Position numbers and translations under genes: made by a program. From Candidatus Latescibacterota bacterium (lineage in GTDB: Bacteria > Latescibacterota > UBA2968 > UBA8231): a stretch of DNA of 64,000 nt. Positions 48,555-58,688 of this stretch are shown here, piece after piece (within the stretch, counting starts at the first letter, position 1; each line of letters opens with the position of its first letter). The notes below the pieces were generated by a model that was given only the letters and a program-made list of their open reading frames with translations, did no database searches and was not told the origin of the DNA. The stretch lies in contig OZ242318.1 of the NCBI GenBank assembly GCA_965208105.1, positions 1,728,001-1,792,000 on the forward strand. Reading direction: 5' to 3'.

Positions 48555-49762
48555 TTCGTCGTCTCCTTGTAGAAGTCGATCTGTTGCTGGGCAATTCCAC
48601 CCTCCTGCAGCAGGGCGAAAACTACGAGATTAACCCCAATTTGCAACTGGGGTTCATTGCGGAACTCCTTCTCCCAGGCAATCCCATAAGCCTTGTTGGA
48701 AAAAACTACAACCAGTCGATCTCCCAGGAAGATTCCTTCGAGATAGGGGACCTCCGGGCGAAAATCTCTTTGGAAATTGACTCGGTCTTCGCTGCGCTGC
48801 GGCGGCGGCCCGTCCTCGAAATCAAAAAAGCTGTGGTAGATAGGATGATCATTGGGAATGACCCTGAACCGCGCATCCCGACCCAGAGCGTCCTTCAACA
48901 TCTGGCGCAATGAGGCCTCCGCCGGGCTGTACTCTATATCGGGCGTGGCATTCTCCACGAGGGCAAAACCGCCCCCCCGCAAATAAGCCTCCAGATTTTT
49001 TATTTCAGGTTCAGTCGGCTGAAACGCCGCGCCGACGGTGATATATACAAAAGGCGCACGGAAAATATCGCGCTCATCAAGGTAGAGATGGTCGTCCACC
49101 TCAGCGCGAATCTGGGTGAAATCGTTGATCGCCTCAACCAATTCAAAAATGGCACGCTGAGTAGCAGGTTCAAAGTCATTGCCCCATGCAAGGGCCAAGT
49201 AGACAAATCCGGTGATGTTTTGCTTATCCGTGGGATCCTGGATCACCAGACCCTTGTATTTGCCGATGTCTAACGCATCCAGGTCAAGAAATTCTTCCTG
49301 CATGCTGATGCGCTTTTCCGGCTCCTTGGGACTCGCAATGGCAACCCTCTGGATTTCAGGCTGGACAACCTCGAGACCCAGATCCGCGCCAGTGTCGACC
49401 CCAAAACGAAAGGTTTTTATCTTGCCGATCAGATCGGGACGGCGAATCTGGAGCCTACGGGTAATTTCGGGTTTGGCTGCACTAACCTGCCGGGTCATTT
49501 TTCTCTTGGGAATCTTGCGCTTTTCAAATTCGAAAGGCTTGGTCATCCGGGGCTTGCGCACCACGAGGTGCATCACGGGCGGCTTGGGGGCCTTTTTCTC
49601 CCGCTCGAGAGTGGCCAGATATATAACGGGCAGGGCCAATACCACCAGGGCAGCGACCAACGCCCAATAAAAAATCCTGCGCAGGCGCGCCAATAGTTCA
49701 TCAAGGCTAAGGAAATCCGCCGGCTTGGCAAAGCGCTTTCTTATTTCAGGACGATCTGTCAC
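48551..49762 (-). CDS. Single-TM anchored DUF4159-like protein
   Basis: N-terminal TM, Lys/Arg/Pro-rich linker (RKPRMTKPFE) and DUF4159-type motifs PFVYIT, YLRGGGF, HPIYHSFFDF, LEGIFLGDRLVV, GVNLVVFAL. Confidence 0.75.
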   Translation of the reverse strand: MTDRPEIRKRFAKPADFLSLDELLARLRRIFYWALVAALVVLALPVIYLATLEREKKAPKPPVMHLVVRKPRMTKPFEFEKRKIPKRKMTRQVSAAKPEITRRLQIRRPDLIGKIKTFRFGVDTGADLGLEVVQPEIQRVAIASPKEPEKRISMQEEFLDLDALDIGKYKGLVIQDPTDKQNITGFVYLALAWGNDFEPATQRAIFELVEAINDFTQIRAEVDDHLYLDERDIFRAPFVYITVGAAFQPTEPEIKNLEAYLRGGGFALVENATPDIEYSPAEASLRQMLKDALGRDARFRVIPNDHPIYHSFFDFEDGPPPQRSEDRVNFQRDFRPEVPYLEGIFLGDRLVVVFSNKAYGIAWEKEFRNEPQLQIGVNLVVFALLQEGGIAQQQIDFYKETTK

Positions 49763-49786
49763 AAATTCCCCCTTAATGAAATAGTT

Positions 49787-52700
49787 CTACAGACGCGCAG
49801 TTTCAATCCATTCCTTGTGCATACGAGCGAACCGGTAAGCTTCCTGTTGCTCAGCATCCGGCCCATCGAAACTGTTCAAGACCCGATCGTAAACCCCCAC
49901 CGCTTTTCTCCACTCGCCCAAGGACTCGTAGCAAACCCCCATATTGCTCAAGGCGCCTATCTCGCTTTCAGTGCCTGGGTATTTCTGAGTAATCTCCTTG
50001 AACCCTTCGATGGCTTCGCGGAATTTGTCCTTATCCCCCGACTCCAGCGCTTCGGCGAAAACCGCCTCGACCTCGGCATATGCCACATAGGCAACCACCT
50101 CTTTGAGATCCGCCAGAAGTTCGGGAATCTTCTCGGACTCCTCGCTGTCGGGGAAGCGACGGAGGACAGCCTCGTATATTTCTATTGCCTCCTCGTAACG
50201 CTCCTCGTTGTAAAGAAAATCTCCAACAGTGAATTGTGATTTGGACGCTAGCGGACTTGCCGGATAATCGTCAGCCATCTGCTGGAAGGCTGCCATGGCC
50301 TCTTCTTCGCGTTTGAGATTGAATAGAGACCAAGCCAGGTTGTAGGCCGCATCGTCAGCAAGATCCGCATTCGGAAATTCGTCCAACAATGTATTGTAGA
50401 ACGTCAACGCCTTTTCAAACTCCTCCAGGTTGTAACGTGCTTCACCTGCCCGGAACAGGGCGTCCGGTGCCAACTCGGTACGCGAGTACTCGGAAGCCAG
50501 GGTGGCAAAAACTCCTGCCGCCCGCTCAAATTGGGTCAGGTTGAAGAGGGCGTATCCCAGATAATACATACCATAGGACCGGTTGGGATGTCGCGGGAAT
50601 TTCTCAAGATACTGGCTCAACACCCGAGTAGTCTCTTGGAGATTTTCCTTTTCAAATAAAACCTGCCCAAGGATAAAACTCATATCCCCTGAATAATAGG
50701 AATCGGGATATTTATTCAAGGCGGTCTTGTAAATGGAGATGAGAGCGTCTATATCCTGCCGCTGATTGAAAGTATCACCTAAGAGGAAATAGGCCTTCTC
50801 TTTCAAAAAGTAGGGGTTGTCGCCGCGGGACTCGGGAATGTCCAGGGCAATTATTTCACGACAAATCTCTTCGACTTTCCCGTAGTCCTTGATGCCATAA
50901 TAGAGTTCGGTCAGCACAACCAGGTGTTCGGCACGTTCTTCCAAATCCTTAGCGGATTCGACCAACGCGGTGTAGTCGTTGATAGCCTCCTCCTCACGCC
51001 CCATTTCCAAATGCGCCAAGCCGATCATTCTCCTGGTCGAAACCACGAGATCCTCGTTGTCGCTCTCCAACAATGGCTTCAGAATGGCCACTGCCTCGCC
51101 ATATCGCCTTAGCTTGAGCAGGCTAACCCCGCGACCGTAGTCGGCCCCTTGGCGTATCTCTTTGTCGGTTGAGGAAGCACTGGCCTGGGCCAGTGCCTCT
51201 ATTGCACTTTCATAGTTGTCCACCTCAATCAGGGTGCGGCCCTTCATGTAGTAGAACCTGCCCCTCTCCTCGGGGTCGGTGACTTGCTCCAGTCCATTGT
51301 CGAGAGCGGCTAATGCTCCATCATAATCCTGGGCTTCGGCCAGCAGGCGGCTTGCCTCCAACATGGCTTTGGGCAGTAAGCCCGAATTTGGATCAATCTT
51401 GTAAAATTCAGCAATCGCCGTCTCTACTTCTCTGAGATCCCGGTAACAAAGAGCCAGTTCAAACTGGGCGGCATGGCGTTCGGCGGCATCGGGAAAATCC
51501 TTGAGAATGCGATTGTAGGCCGAGATAGCATCCTCATATTCGCCGTCCTGGTATTTTATCCGGGCCATTTGCAAAAGCGCGCTCCGCAAATAGTCCGGAT
51601 CAGCTTCCTCCTCGACGATGACCTGGTAGATTTCAAGTGCCCGAGCCACGCCATCCTCGTCCCCGAGCAATCCCTTCATTTGGAAACAGAGTGCCGTATT
51701 GAACTTGGTCGCGGCCATTGCCAGGTCGCTTTCGGGATAGTCGCGCTCGATATCTCCATAAACGCCGATGGCCCGATCATAGGCCGCGGCCGCACTGTCA
51801 GCGACCTCCTCCAAGCGAAATCTTTCCGCCACCTCGAAATGCGAGCGGGCGACCTTGTATTCCGCCCAGGAAGGAGAAAATCCTGCCGCTGACGCCACAT
51901 CCACATAGGCATCCAGGTAAAGTTCGTATTCTTCGATTGCCTTGATATAATTCTCGGTTTTGTAGTAGTGTTCGGCCAGGAGAGACTGCATGCTGGCCTG
52001 AAAATAGCGATTATTGCTGCCATCTATGGCTTCGTGGTAGGTGCGCACCGCACCTTCGTAATCCCCACTGTCATAGTACATATCCGCCAGGCGGATATAC
52101 CCCTCGGATACAAGCCGCTGCTCCTGGGCAAACGCATTGATCACCTTTTTGTAGGCTTCGACAGCATTCTCCGAATTGCCGCTCTTGGCATAGCAATCGC
52201 CAACCTTGATCTGGGCCTTGGCAGCCAGTTCGAGCGCAGTTTCGTCGACCAGTCCTGCAATCTTTTCCCTCCGCATCCTGAGCAACTCGCGCTCGCTCAT
52301 CTGGTCGATGCGCTGACGGTCCACCACATCCTGATACCAGGGAGCAGCTTCCTCAAATTTTCCTTGATTGAAATAAGCCTCGCCAATTTGAAAGAGGGCA
52401 CGCTCGGCCTGGTACCCTGCAGGAAAATGGCGAACTAATCTTTGGAAGGCCTCTATGCTCTCTTCATACTGCTCCGTATCGAAATAGGCCCAACCGGCAT
52501 TGTAAAGCACATTTACCAGCCATCGATTGTCCGGGTAGAGCTCTTCAAAGGCTTTGCCCTCTCTTATTACCTCCTCGTAATCCCCACTCTCATAGAGCAC
52601 CGAAACCAGTCGATTGCGGGCAAGAGCCTTCAATTTTGGTGATGTGGCAGTTTCCTCGCTTCGCCGGAAATAGGATGCAGATTTGCGGAACCCGGCCTTC

Positions 52701-53044
52701 GCCTCTTCCTCCAAAGCCGCCTTGCGCTCGGGCTGGCGGGTCCGATATGATTTTATCTGTGCCTCTTCAGCTTGCTTGAAGTAAGAGTTCCCCGTCTGGT
52801 AGAGAGCGATCTCCTTGATGGGGGCTTCGATTTCCCCGATCTCCTCGGTAATCTCCTCTGCGACCAGCAGATCGCTCTCAATACTGTTAATGCGTTCGTA
52901 GTTTTCAATCGCCTGTTTGTAGTCCTCCTGGCCATAGAACTTTTGTGCTTGCTTGAAGGAAGCGCGCACCTCTTCCGGCGTGGGCACCAGGGTAGAACCT
53001 GCAATCAGGCCTATCAGCGAAGCGATGAGAATTAAAGCAGCCAT
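49787..53044 (-). CDS. Very large periplasmic tetratricopeptide-repeat protein
   Basis: Signal-like N-terminus and about 20 BamD/CpoB-type TPRs (e.g. ALFQIGEAYF...A...YQ, FP....A.DA.Y). Start could be 53092. Confidence 0.88.
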   Translation of the reverse strand: MAALILIASLIGLIAGSTLVPTPEEVRASFKQAQKFYGQEDYKQAIENYERINSIESDLLVAEEITEEIGEIEAPIKEIALYQTGNSYFKQAEEAQIKSYRTRQPERKAALEEEAKAGFRKSASYFRRSEETATSPKLKALARNRLVSVLYESGDYEEVIREGKAFEELYPDNRWLVNVLYNAGWAYFDTEQYEESIEAFQRLVRHFPAGYQAERALFQIGEAYFNQGKFEEAAPWYQDVVDRQRIDQMSERELLRMRREKIAGLVDETALELAAKAQIKVGDCYAKSGNSENAVEAYKKVINAFAQEQRLVSEGYIRLADMYYDSGDYEGAVRTYHEAIDGSNNRYFQASMQSLLAEHYYKTENYIKAIEEYELYLDAYVDVASAAGFSPSWAEYKVARSHFEVAERFRLEEVADSAAAAYDRAIGVYGDIERDYPESDLAMAATKFNTALCFQMKGLLGDEDGVARALEIYQVIVEEEADPDYLRSALLQMARIKYQDGEYEDAISAYNRILKDFPDAAERHAAQFELALCYRDLREVETAIAEFYKIDPNSGLLPKAMLEASRLLAEAQDYDGALAALDNGLEQVTDPEERGRFYYMKGRTLIEVDNYESAIEALAQASASSTDKEIRQGADYGRGVSLLKLRRYGEAVAILKPLLESDNEDLVVSTRRMIGLAHLEMGREEEAINDYTALVESAKDLEERAEHLVVLTELYYGIKDYGKVEEICREIIALDIPESRGDNPYFLKEKAYFLLGDTFNQRQDIDALISIYKTALNKYPDSYYSGDMSFILGQVLFEKENLQETTRVLSQYLEKFPRHPNRSYGMYYLGYALFNLTQFERAAGVFATLASEYSRTELAPDALFRAGEARYNLEEFEKALTFYNTLLDEFPNADLADDAAYNLAWSLFNLKREEEAMAAFQQMADDYPASPLASKSQFTVGDFLYNEERYEEAIEIYEAVLRRFPDSEESEKIPELLADLKEVVAYVAYAEVEAVFAEALESGDKDKFREAIEGFKEITQKYPGTESEIGALSNMGVCYESLGEWRKAVGVYDRVLNSFDGPDAEQQEAYRFARMHKEWIETARL

Positions 53045-53069
53045 ATTCTTTATGCCTGGGTTATGTAGG

Positions 53070-55886
53070 TTACAAAACGGGTTCCAATCCAACTACCATG
53101 CGGATGAAAAACTGCTCAAAATTGATATCCAGAACGTCACGCGATGGGTCCTTCATTTCGCGTTGACTGATCTGATAACCTGCAGTGAGCACTTGGTCAT
53201 AACCAGCATAAGTAAACCTATTGATGATCATCAGCAGGAAATCTTTGGTATCGTAATTCTGATTTTCATCCTCCAAATTGCGGTAGTTCGCCGGGAGGCC
53301 CGGAAAACCTTGAATGCCGGCTCTGAACCAACTCTGCTCGGTAAATTTATACCGGACCAAAACCATGGGGTATGAGAACCACTCCCCCAGTTGATGAACG
53401 AAACCCTCGTCGTCCGTCAGCTTGCGGAACATGAATTTGTAGCGAGGGGCAATCTCCAATCCGGACAACCTCCAAGTGTAGTCAGTCCGGAAAACGGATG
53501 TCCACAACCGAATCCTATTCGGGTCCTCATCCATTCCCATACCCCCAACCTGGCGGTTGTAGTCGAACTTGAAATTGGCCTCGGCAAAAAAGTTCTGGAG
53601 ACCGGTAAACCTTCCGTTGATGAAAAAGGTGTTGACCCAACTGTTTTTCATCAATAATTCATCTTCGACAAAAACCCTGATGACCCCCCGAGGATTGAGG
53701 CGGTCAAAGTTGGCGATATCCCCGTATCGCGCTACATCGTCAGGTATGTCATCTTTGACCCTTTTGAAGAAATCGACAATCCGGAGATCGCCAATTGCCG
53801 GGAATTCCCAGGTATATTCCCCGACGATGTAATTCGATCTACTCCGCATGCCACCTCGAATTGCGGTCATGTCATATCGACCGACCCTCAAATCCAATCT
53901 GGAAATCGGACGGTCCCGCAGGTAAACATGATACCCCTTGCGATTCAAATCGTAGGGATAATCAGGCGCGTTATCGTCCTCGCGCAGGTCAATCACCCCG
54001 TTATTGTCCAAATCCTCTCCGTAGGAGAAATCATCAGGATCGACATCGTAGAGGAGAAAGGGTTCAAAGTAGTCGGGCACGGCATTGTAATTTCGGTTTG
54101 TATCCGGTTGTCCATCCAGGTCTTTATCCAACCCGGGGAAGACCCCATTCAGATCGGAGAAACTGGGAAGGAAGAAGTTGTCCGGAAAGGGGTCCTTGTC
54201 GTCATTGTCGTCGACGCTGTTCAGATCAAGAGTGAAATTCAGCGCATCCCTGACAGTGCCCAAATCACCGGCAAAGGGGCCCGGAGGATCGGTGTATTGC
54301 TTCAGGGTCAAATCTGTGACCGTGAGTGTGGTATTGTATTCAGGATCGAGGCGAAACCACTCAGCACCAACCGCCGTTCTGGCAGAGAGTTCCCTTTCTG
54401 CATTGAGCAACCATGCATCTCCTCCCCTGTCATGCCGCCCACCCCTGGGACATTCATCGCATAAAGGCTGCCGGGCGGGGAACCTGAGAAAATTAGTACT
54501 ATGGGCCCATTCTCCCTTGAATCTGAATCCTTTTACATCCGTCTTCAATTCCAGTCCGGTAATCGTAACCCCCGTATCGCGCCCGTAATCAAATCTCACC
54601 CTGCGAATATCAGAGCCGGCAGTCCGCCTTCCTTGGGAGCCGGCCACCTCCTCGAAATAAGTGGCTGTATTGCGTTGCCTGGGATCCTTTTTGTCCAGGC
54701 GGGGATCCTCGTTGTAAATCTCTGCAACGCTGATTTTGTAATTGCCACTCACCAAGGCTTCAAAAGAGATCGACTCGATGAAAACCGGGTTTCCTTCCTC
54801 GTCAAACTCGGCCACGCTCCTGAGGATTCCATCATTGTTGAACTCAGGCAACGGGAACCAATACAAGACGTATTCCTTGCCATCCGCGGTGAGGAACTCT
54901 TGCGCCTCGGGATCGATAAAGGGATAGTCCCCTCCTAGCTGTCGGCCGAGCAATACTTCCACGTAGGGGGGAATAGAGCCAACGCCACGAGGAAAGCGGG
55001 CGTCGCCGTTGGGAAAGTCGAGGTTGTACCTTTCTCTATGATGCTTGGTAATAAAGGGCTCGATGTCCGGACGCGGGACCCCATTGAGAATGATCTCAAC
55101 GTCGAAAACACGGGCACCATCGCCATCGAGCAGGGAACTGTCATCGATTCGAACCACCATGTAGTCAATTATCTGATTCACATTGGGCAACTGGCCCTTC
55201 ATACCATCCCACTTGGGTGGAGAACGGCTGTCAACCCTGAAAAGATTGACATAGGAGGCCGCTACCTCGAAGGTGTTGAAACGTCCCCGCCAATGCCCTC
55301 CCAGCAGGTATGCGGCGAAGGGATTGGTAGCAAGAACCGCATCGCGGGTATCAAAAATCGGGCGATCCAGACGTGAAGTTGCAATGGTAAAATTGTGTTT
55401 CTCATTGGCCACATCCCACCGAATGCCGTTGAGGGCAGCCAAGTCCAGGACCAATGGAGAAAAGTGCGTGCGGATTCGGTCGCCAATGATAAAGCGGGTG
55501 TGCCAATTGTTGTAGCTGTCATCCGCGACCATCAAACGGTTCATATAATTCGTGTAATTTCCCGGCTTGTTTACAGTACTGCCACTGAAGGGATTTACAG
55601 GATCGTCGAACCGCCGAGTCTCTTCCATCCTATAGACCTCAACACCGTTCACAAGGAATTGGCCGAATTCGTCATAAACAGGGTTGGCTGTCCGGGTGAG
55701 GACATTGCGCGGCCAAGGTCGGTATCCTTCAATACCATAGTTGTCATAGGTCAACAAACCCGGCCTGTAGAGCAACAGTCGCGAGCCGGTTGTATGCGGA
55801 TCCAATAGGTCGGGCTCGCCTTCGCTCCATGTAGTGGCAGCGAAGCTCAGTATGATGCCTATTGAGAAAAAGATTTTTCTAAGCAT
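53070..55886 (-). CDS. Large predicted outer-membrane beta-barrel protein with Asp-rich insert (paralog)
   Basis: Signal peptide; YDEFG..L..G..VY..EE.R, NGIRWD, VDDNDD.D..PD, GVFPG.D.D.DG, PDYPY and RVKDDIPD motifs. Confidence 0.75.
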   Translation of the reverse strand: MLRKIFFSIGIILSFAATTWSEGEPDLLDPHTTGSRLLLYRPGLLTYDNYGIEGYRPWPRNVLTRTANPVYDEFGQFLVNGVEVYRMEETRRFDDPVNPFSGSTVNKPGNYTNYMNRLMVADDSYNNWHTRFIIGDRIRTHFSPLVLDLAALNGIRWDVANEKHNFTIATSRLDRPIFDTRDAVLATNPFAAYLLGGHWRGRFNTFEVAASYVNLFRVDSRSPPKWDGMKGQLPNVNQIIDYMVVRIDDSSLLDGDGARVFDVEIILNGVPRPDIEPFITKHHRERYNLDFPNGDARFPRGVGSIPPYVEVLLGRQLGGDYPFIDPEAQEFLTADGKEYVLYWFPLPEFNNDGILRSVAEFDEEGNPVFIESISFEALVSGNYKISVAEIYNEDPRLDKKDPRQRNTATYFEEVAGSQGRRTAGSDIRRVRFDYGRDTGVTITGLELKTDVKGFRFKGEWAHSTNFLRFPARQPLCDECPRGGRHDRGGDAWLLNAERELSARTAVGAEWFRLDPEYNTTLTVTDLTLKQYTDPPGPFAGDLGTVRDALNFTLDLNSVDDNDDKDPFPDNFFLPSFSDLNGVFPGLDKDLDGQPDTNRNYNAVPDYFEPFLLYDVDPDDFSYGEDLDNNGVIDLREDDNAPDYPYDLNRKGYHVYLRDRPISRLDLRVGRYDMTAIRGGMRSRSNYIVGEYTWEFPAIGDLRIVDFFKRVKDDIPDDVARYGDIANFDRLNPRGVIRVFVEDELLMKNSWVNTFFINGRFTGLQNFFAEANFKFDYNRQVGGMGMDEDPNRIRLWTSVFRTDYTWRLSGLEIAPRYKFMFRKLTDDEGFVHQLGEWFSYPMVLVRYKFTEQSWFRAGIQGFPGLPANYRNLEDENQNYDTKDFLLMIINRFTYAGYDQVLTAGYQISQREMKDPSRDVLDINFEQFFIRMVVGLEPVL

Positions 55887-55890
55887 TCGC

Positions 55891-58665
55891 TCAATTCGTC
55901 CTTACTTGGAGGAAAAATTCCGAGGTTTCGACTTCGCCCACAGTAGCGGAGCCGACGTTATCGATAAAGGACTTGCGCAACCCCAAATTCATGCTGACCT
56001 GATAGCCTATGTAACTGCTGTTGTTCTGAAATGCCACGATATAGTGCCAAGCATCGAAATCCTGGAAGGAGGCCGCACTATTGCGATATTGATGTTTTAC
56101 AAAAGGAAGCCCCTGTATGCCACCCCGAAGTATGGTGTTTTCGGTGAGGGTATAATCGACCCGCATAATGGGAGCGAAGGTCGTCGCGTCCTCTATTGTT
56201 CCCTTGAATATTGAAGAATCTTCGCGGCGATAGCTCAATTTTAACATTGGCGTTACAACCAATCTCGTAATTGGCTCCCAACCATAATCGATCCGATTGA
56301 CTACTGCCAAAGACCAATCCGTACCCTCGTTCTGAATAATCCCGTCATCGGTGGTCTCACTCAAGCGACGATTGTTTTCGTAGCGCCAGGTTGAGTTGAG
56401 GTTCAGGTGCTCAAGGCCCTTGTATGTAAACTTGGCGAAACTCAGGCTCGCCCAACTATTGAGATAGTTGAGGGGATCATGGCGCAACTTGATCTCGTAG
56501 TTTCCCCTTACAATCGGATTCGACACGTATTCAAACAGAGGATCGGGAATGTCGTCCTTTACCCGCTTTGTACGATGATGGAGATCCAGGGAAACGTCCC
56601 AGCCGAGATCTCTATTATACTCGACCTTGGTGTAGATGGCTTGATTTTGACCAAAGCCTGCCAGTTGATCGACGTCGTGGCCTCCGAAGGTCAACTTTAA
56701 GTTGGGACGTGGCCTGAATGTAATGAAGAAATGTTGTCCTTCGCTGTCGCGCTCGTATGGATAATCCGGCTTATTGTCATTTTCCCGGGAATCGACGACA
56801 CCATTGTTATTGAAATCGTCGCCGTATACGAATTCCTCCGACTCGACGTAGTACATCAAAAAGGGTTCTACATAATCGGGAAGAAGATTGTCGTTGACGT
56901 TGGTATCGATTATTCCGTCTCCATTGTCATCGAGGCCGGGGAAAACCCCAAAACCAATGTCCCTAAGGGATGCGGGTTCCAGATTTTCCCTAGATTCTGG
57001 GGTGGACAGGGTAATATCGTCCTGAAAGATAAGGCTCAGGGGGTCCTCATGTTCCCATGAATCCGGCCATGGATCGAGATCGTCATTGTCGTCAATAAGC
57101 TGGAATTCCTTCAGTCTCAACGCCTTACCATCATCCCAATAACTGAAGGAAGTACGGTAGTCGGGGGGGACCTTAAAGACCTCGAAATTCAGGTCGAAAT
57201 CCTCGAAGGCACGCTTGCCCACTATGGAATAGGCCTGAGCATCGAGGGTATTGCGCGCCCCGGCATTTCCCGATACAGGAAATAGAAGGTGGTGATTGCT
57301 GATACTGTAATCTCCGTGCACATCAAACCCCATCCAGGTCAGATCCGCCTGAGCGCCCCACATTTCCAATCCGGTTGGGAATCCATGCGCAACATCCACC
57401 CACCGTAGATTTGATTCATCCCTTGTATTTCCGCTTGCACGCGAAACATTCCGCCAGTCGTCCCAGGTACGCCCCTGGATACCATGCCAGGAAATGGGAG
57501 TACCGATGTCGATGGCATAATCATTGCCAACCAGGATTCGAAATGAAATATCATCAAGGCCAACTGGCATTCCATCTTCGCCCAATACTTCCTGGGGGAC
57601 CTCAAAGCGGTAGATCAGGACATCAAATCCGCTGGCTTCCAGGGGCCCCGTATGGCCGTCCAGAACTTCACCAACGTCGAACAAACTCCCATTGAGAAGA
57701 GCCACAGATGGAAAATTCATGACGCGCGGCAACCAGGACTGGCGCTGCCGGGCGTGTGGCACGTCTTCAACCCGCATTCTTTCGGACACGAAGCGGGCGT
57801 TCTGGCCAACGCGCAGTGCGTCTGTAATTTTACGGATCTCCGGAGGTGTCTGGCTGAGCTTTCCATTCACGTACATCTCTATGGCGTGGACCCGGCCGCC
57901 ACCTACACCATCTTCAGGCGAATCGTCGGTCACGGCTATGTAGATGGATTGGGGACTGATCAAATTTCCAGGGAAGACCCCTTTCCGGAACGATCCCTCT
58001 CCTCTCTTAACCAGCGAATCAGTGATATGCGTGTTGACGTAGGAGGCTCCGAACCTGAGGATGCTACCCAACTGGGTTTCCCAGTGCCCCCCGTACAGAT
58101 AGGTCACGAAATCCAGGGGACGAGACAGGGCAAATAGGCGCAACGGTTCGGAAATTCGCGTAGCCAGCACCGAGAAGCGATTTCGCCGCGAGTCGGCGTC
58201 CCAGCGTATACCATTCATCCGCAGGACACCGAGCATCATGGGATTATAGTAGGCTTCCACCGCCCTGCCTACGGTAAATGCGGTGCCCCATCCCCTATAG
58301 GTGTCGTTGGCTACCACCAGGTTTTGAAACAAATCCCTGTAAAGGTTGTCTTTGAAAATTGTGCTTCCACCAAATGGAGAAAGGGTGCGGTACTCATTCG
58401 TTCTGTAAAGATCGAGCCCTTTCAACAAAGTGGCGCCAAAGGGATCGTAGGTTCGCTGATCCTCGTCCAACCGCAACACCTGTCCCTGCCGCAGAAGGCG
58501 TACGTCCCTGAAGCTGAAGTGCGCATAATTTTCGTAGGACTCATTCTGCCAGAGGGGATAATATTCCCGGCTGATATACTGGCCATCTGATGGCGCAGAC
58601 CATAGCACCACAAATAGAAACAGCAGCAAGGAATATGCGGGTGTGATAAATCGCTTGTCGTTCAT
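55891..58665 (-). CDS. Large predicted outer-membrane beta-barrel protein with Asp-rich insert (paralog)
   Basis: Signal peptide; YDPFG, NGIRWD, DDSPEDG.GG, IDDNDD.D.WPD, GVFPG.DD..DG, PDYPY and RVKDDIPD motifs; terminal FFLQVRTN. Confidence 0.75.
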   Translation of the reverse strand: MNDKRFITPAYSLLLFLFVVLWSAPSDGQYISREYYPLWQNESYENYAHFSFRDVRLLRQGQVLRLDEDQRTYDPFGATLLKGLDLYRTNEYRTLSPFGGSTIFKDNLYRDLFQNLVVANDTYRGWGTAFTVGRAVEAYYNPMMLGVLRMNGIRWDADSRRNRFSVLATRISEPLRLFALSRPLDFVTYLYGGHWETQLGSILRFGASYVNTHITDSLVKRGEGSFRKGVFPGNLISPQSIYIAVTDDSPEDGVGGGRVHAIEMYVNGKLSQTPPEIRKITDALRVGQNARFVSERMRVEDVPHARQRQSWLPRVMNFPSVALLNGSLFDVGEVLDGHTGPLEASGFDVLIYRFEVPQEVLGEDGMPVGLDDISFRILVGNDYAIDIGTPISWHGIQGRTWDDWRNVSRASGNTRDESNLRWVDVAHGFPTGLEMWGAQADLTWMGFDVHGDYSISNHHLLFPVSGNAGARNTLDAQAYSIVGKRAFEDFDLNFEVFKVPPDYRTSFSYWDDGKALRLKEFQLIDDNDDLDPWPDSWEHEDPLSLIFQDDITLSTPESRENLEPASLRDIGFGVFPGLDDNGDGIIDTNVNDNLLPDYVEPFLMYYVESEEFVYGDDFNNNGVVDSRENDNKPDYPYERDSEGQHFFITFRPRPNLKLTFGGHDVDQLAGFGQNQAIYTKVEYNRDLGWDVSLDLHHRTKRVKDDIPDPLFEYVSNPIVRGNYEIKLRHDPLNYLNSWASLSFAKFTYKGLEHLNLNSTWRYENNRRLSETTDDGIIQNEGTDWSLAVVNRIDYGWEPITRLVVTPMLKLSYRREDSSIFKGTIEDATTFAPIMRVDYTLTENTILRGGIQGLPFVKHQYRNSAASFQDFDAWHYIVAFQNNSSYIGYQVSMNLGLRKSFIDNVGSATVGEVETSEFFLQVRTN

Positions 58666-58688
58666 AAGCCTCTCTCTTAAGGAAACAA

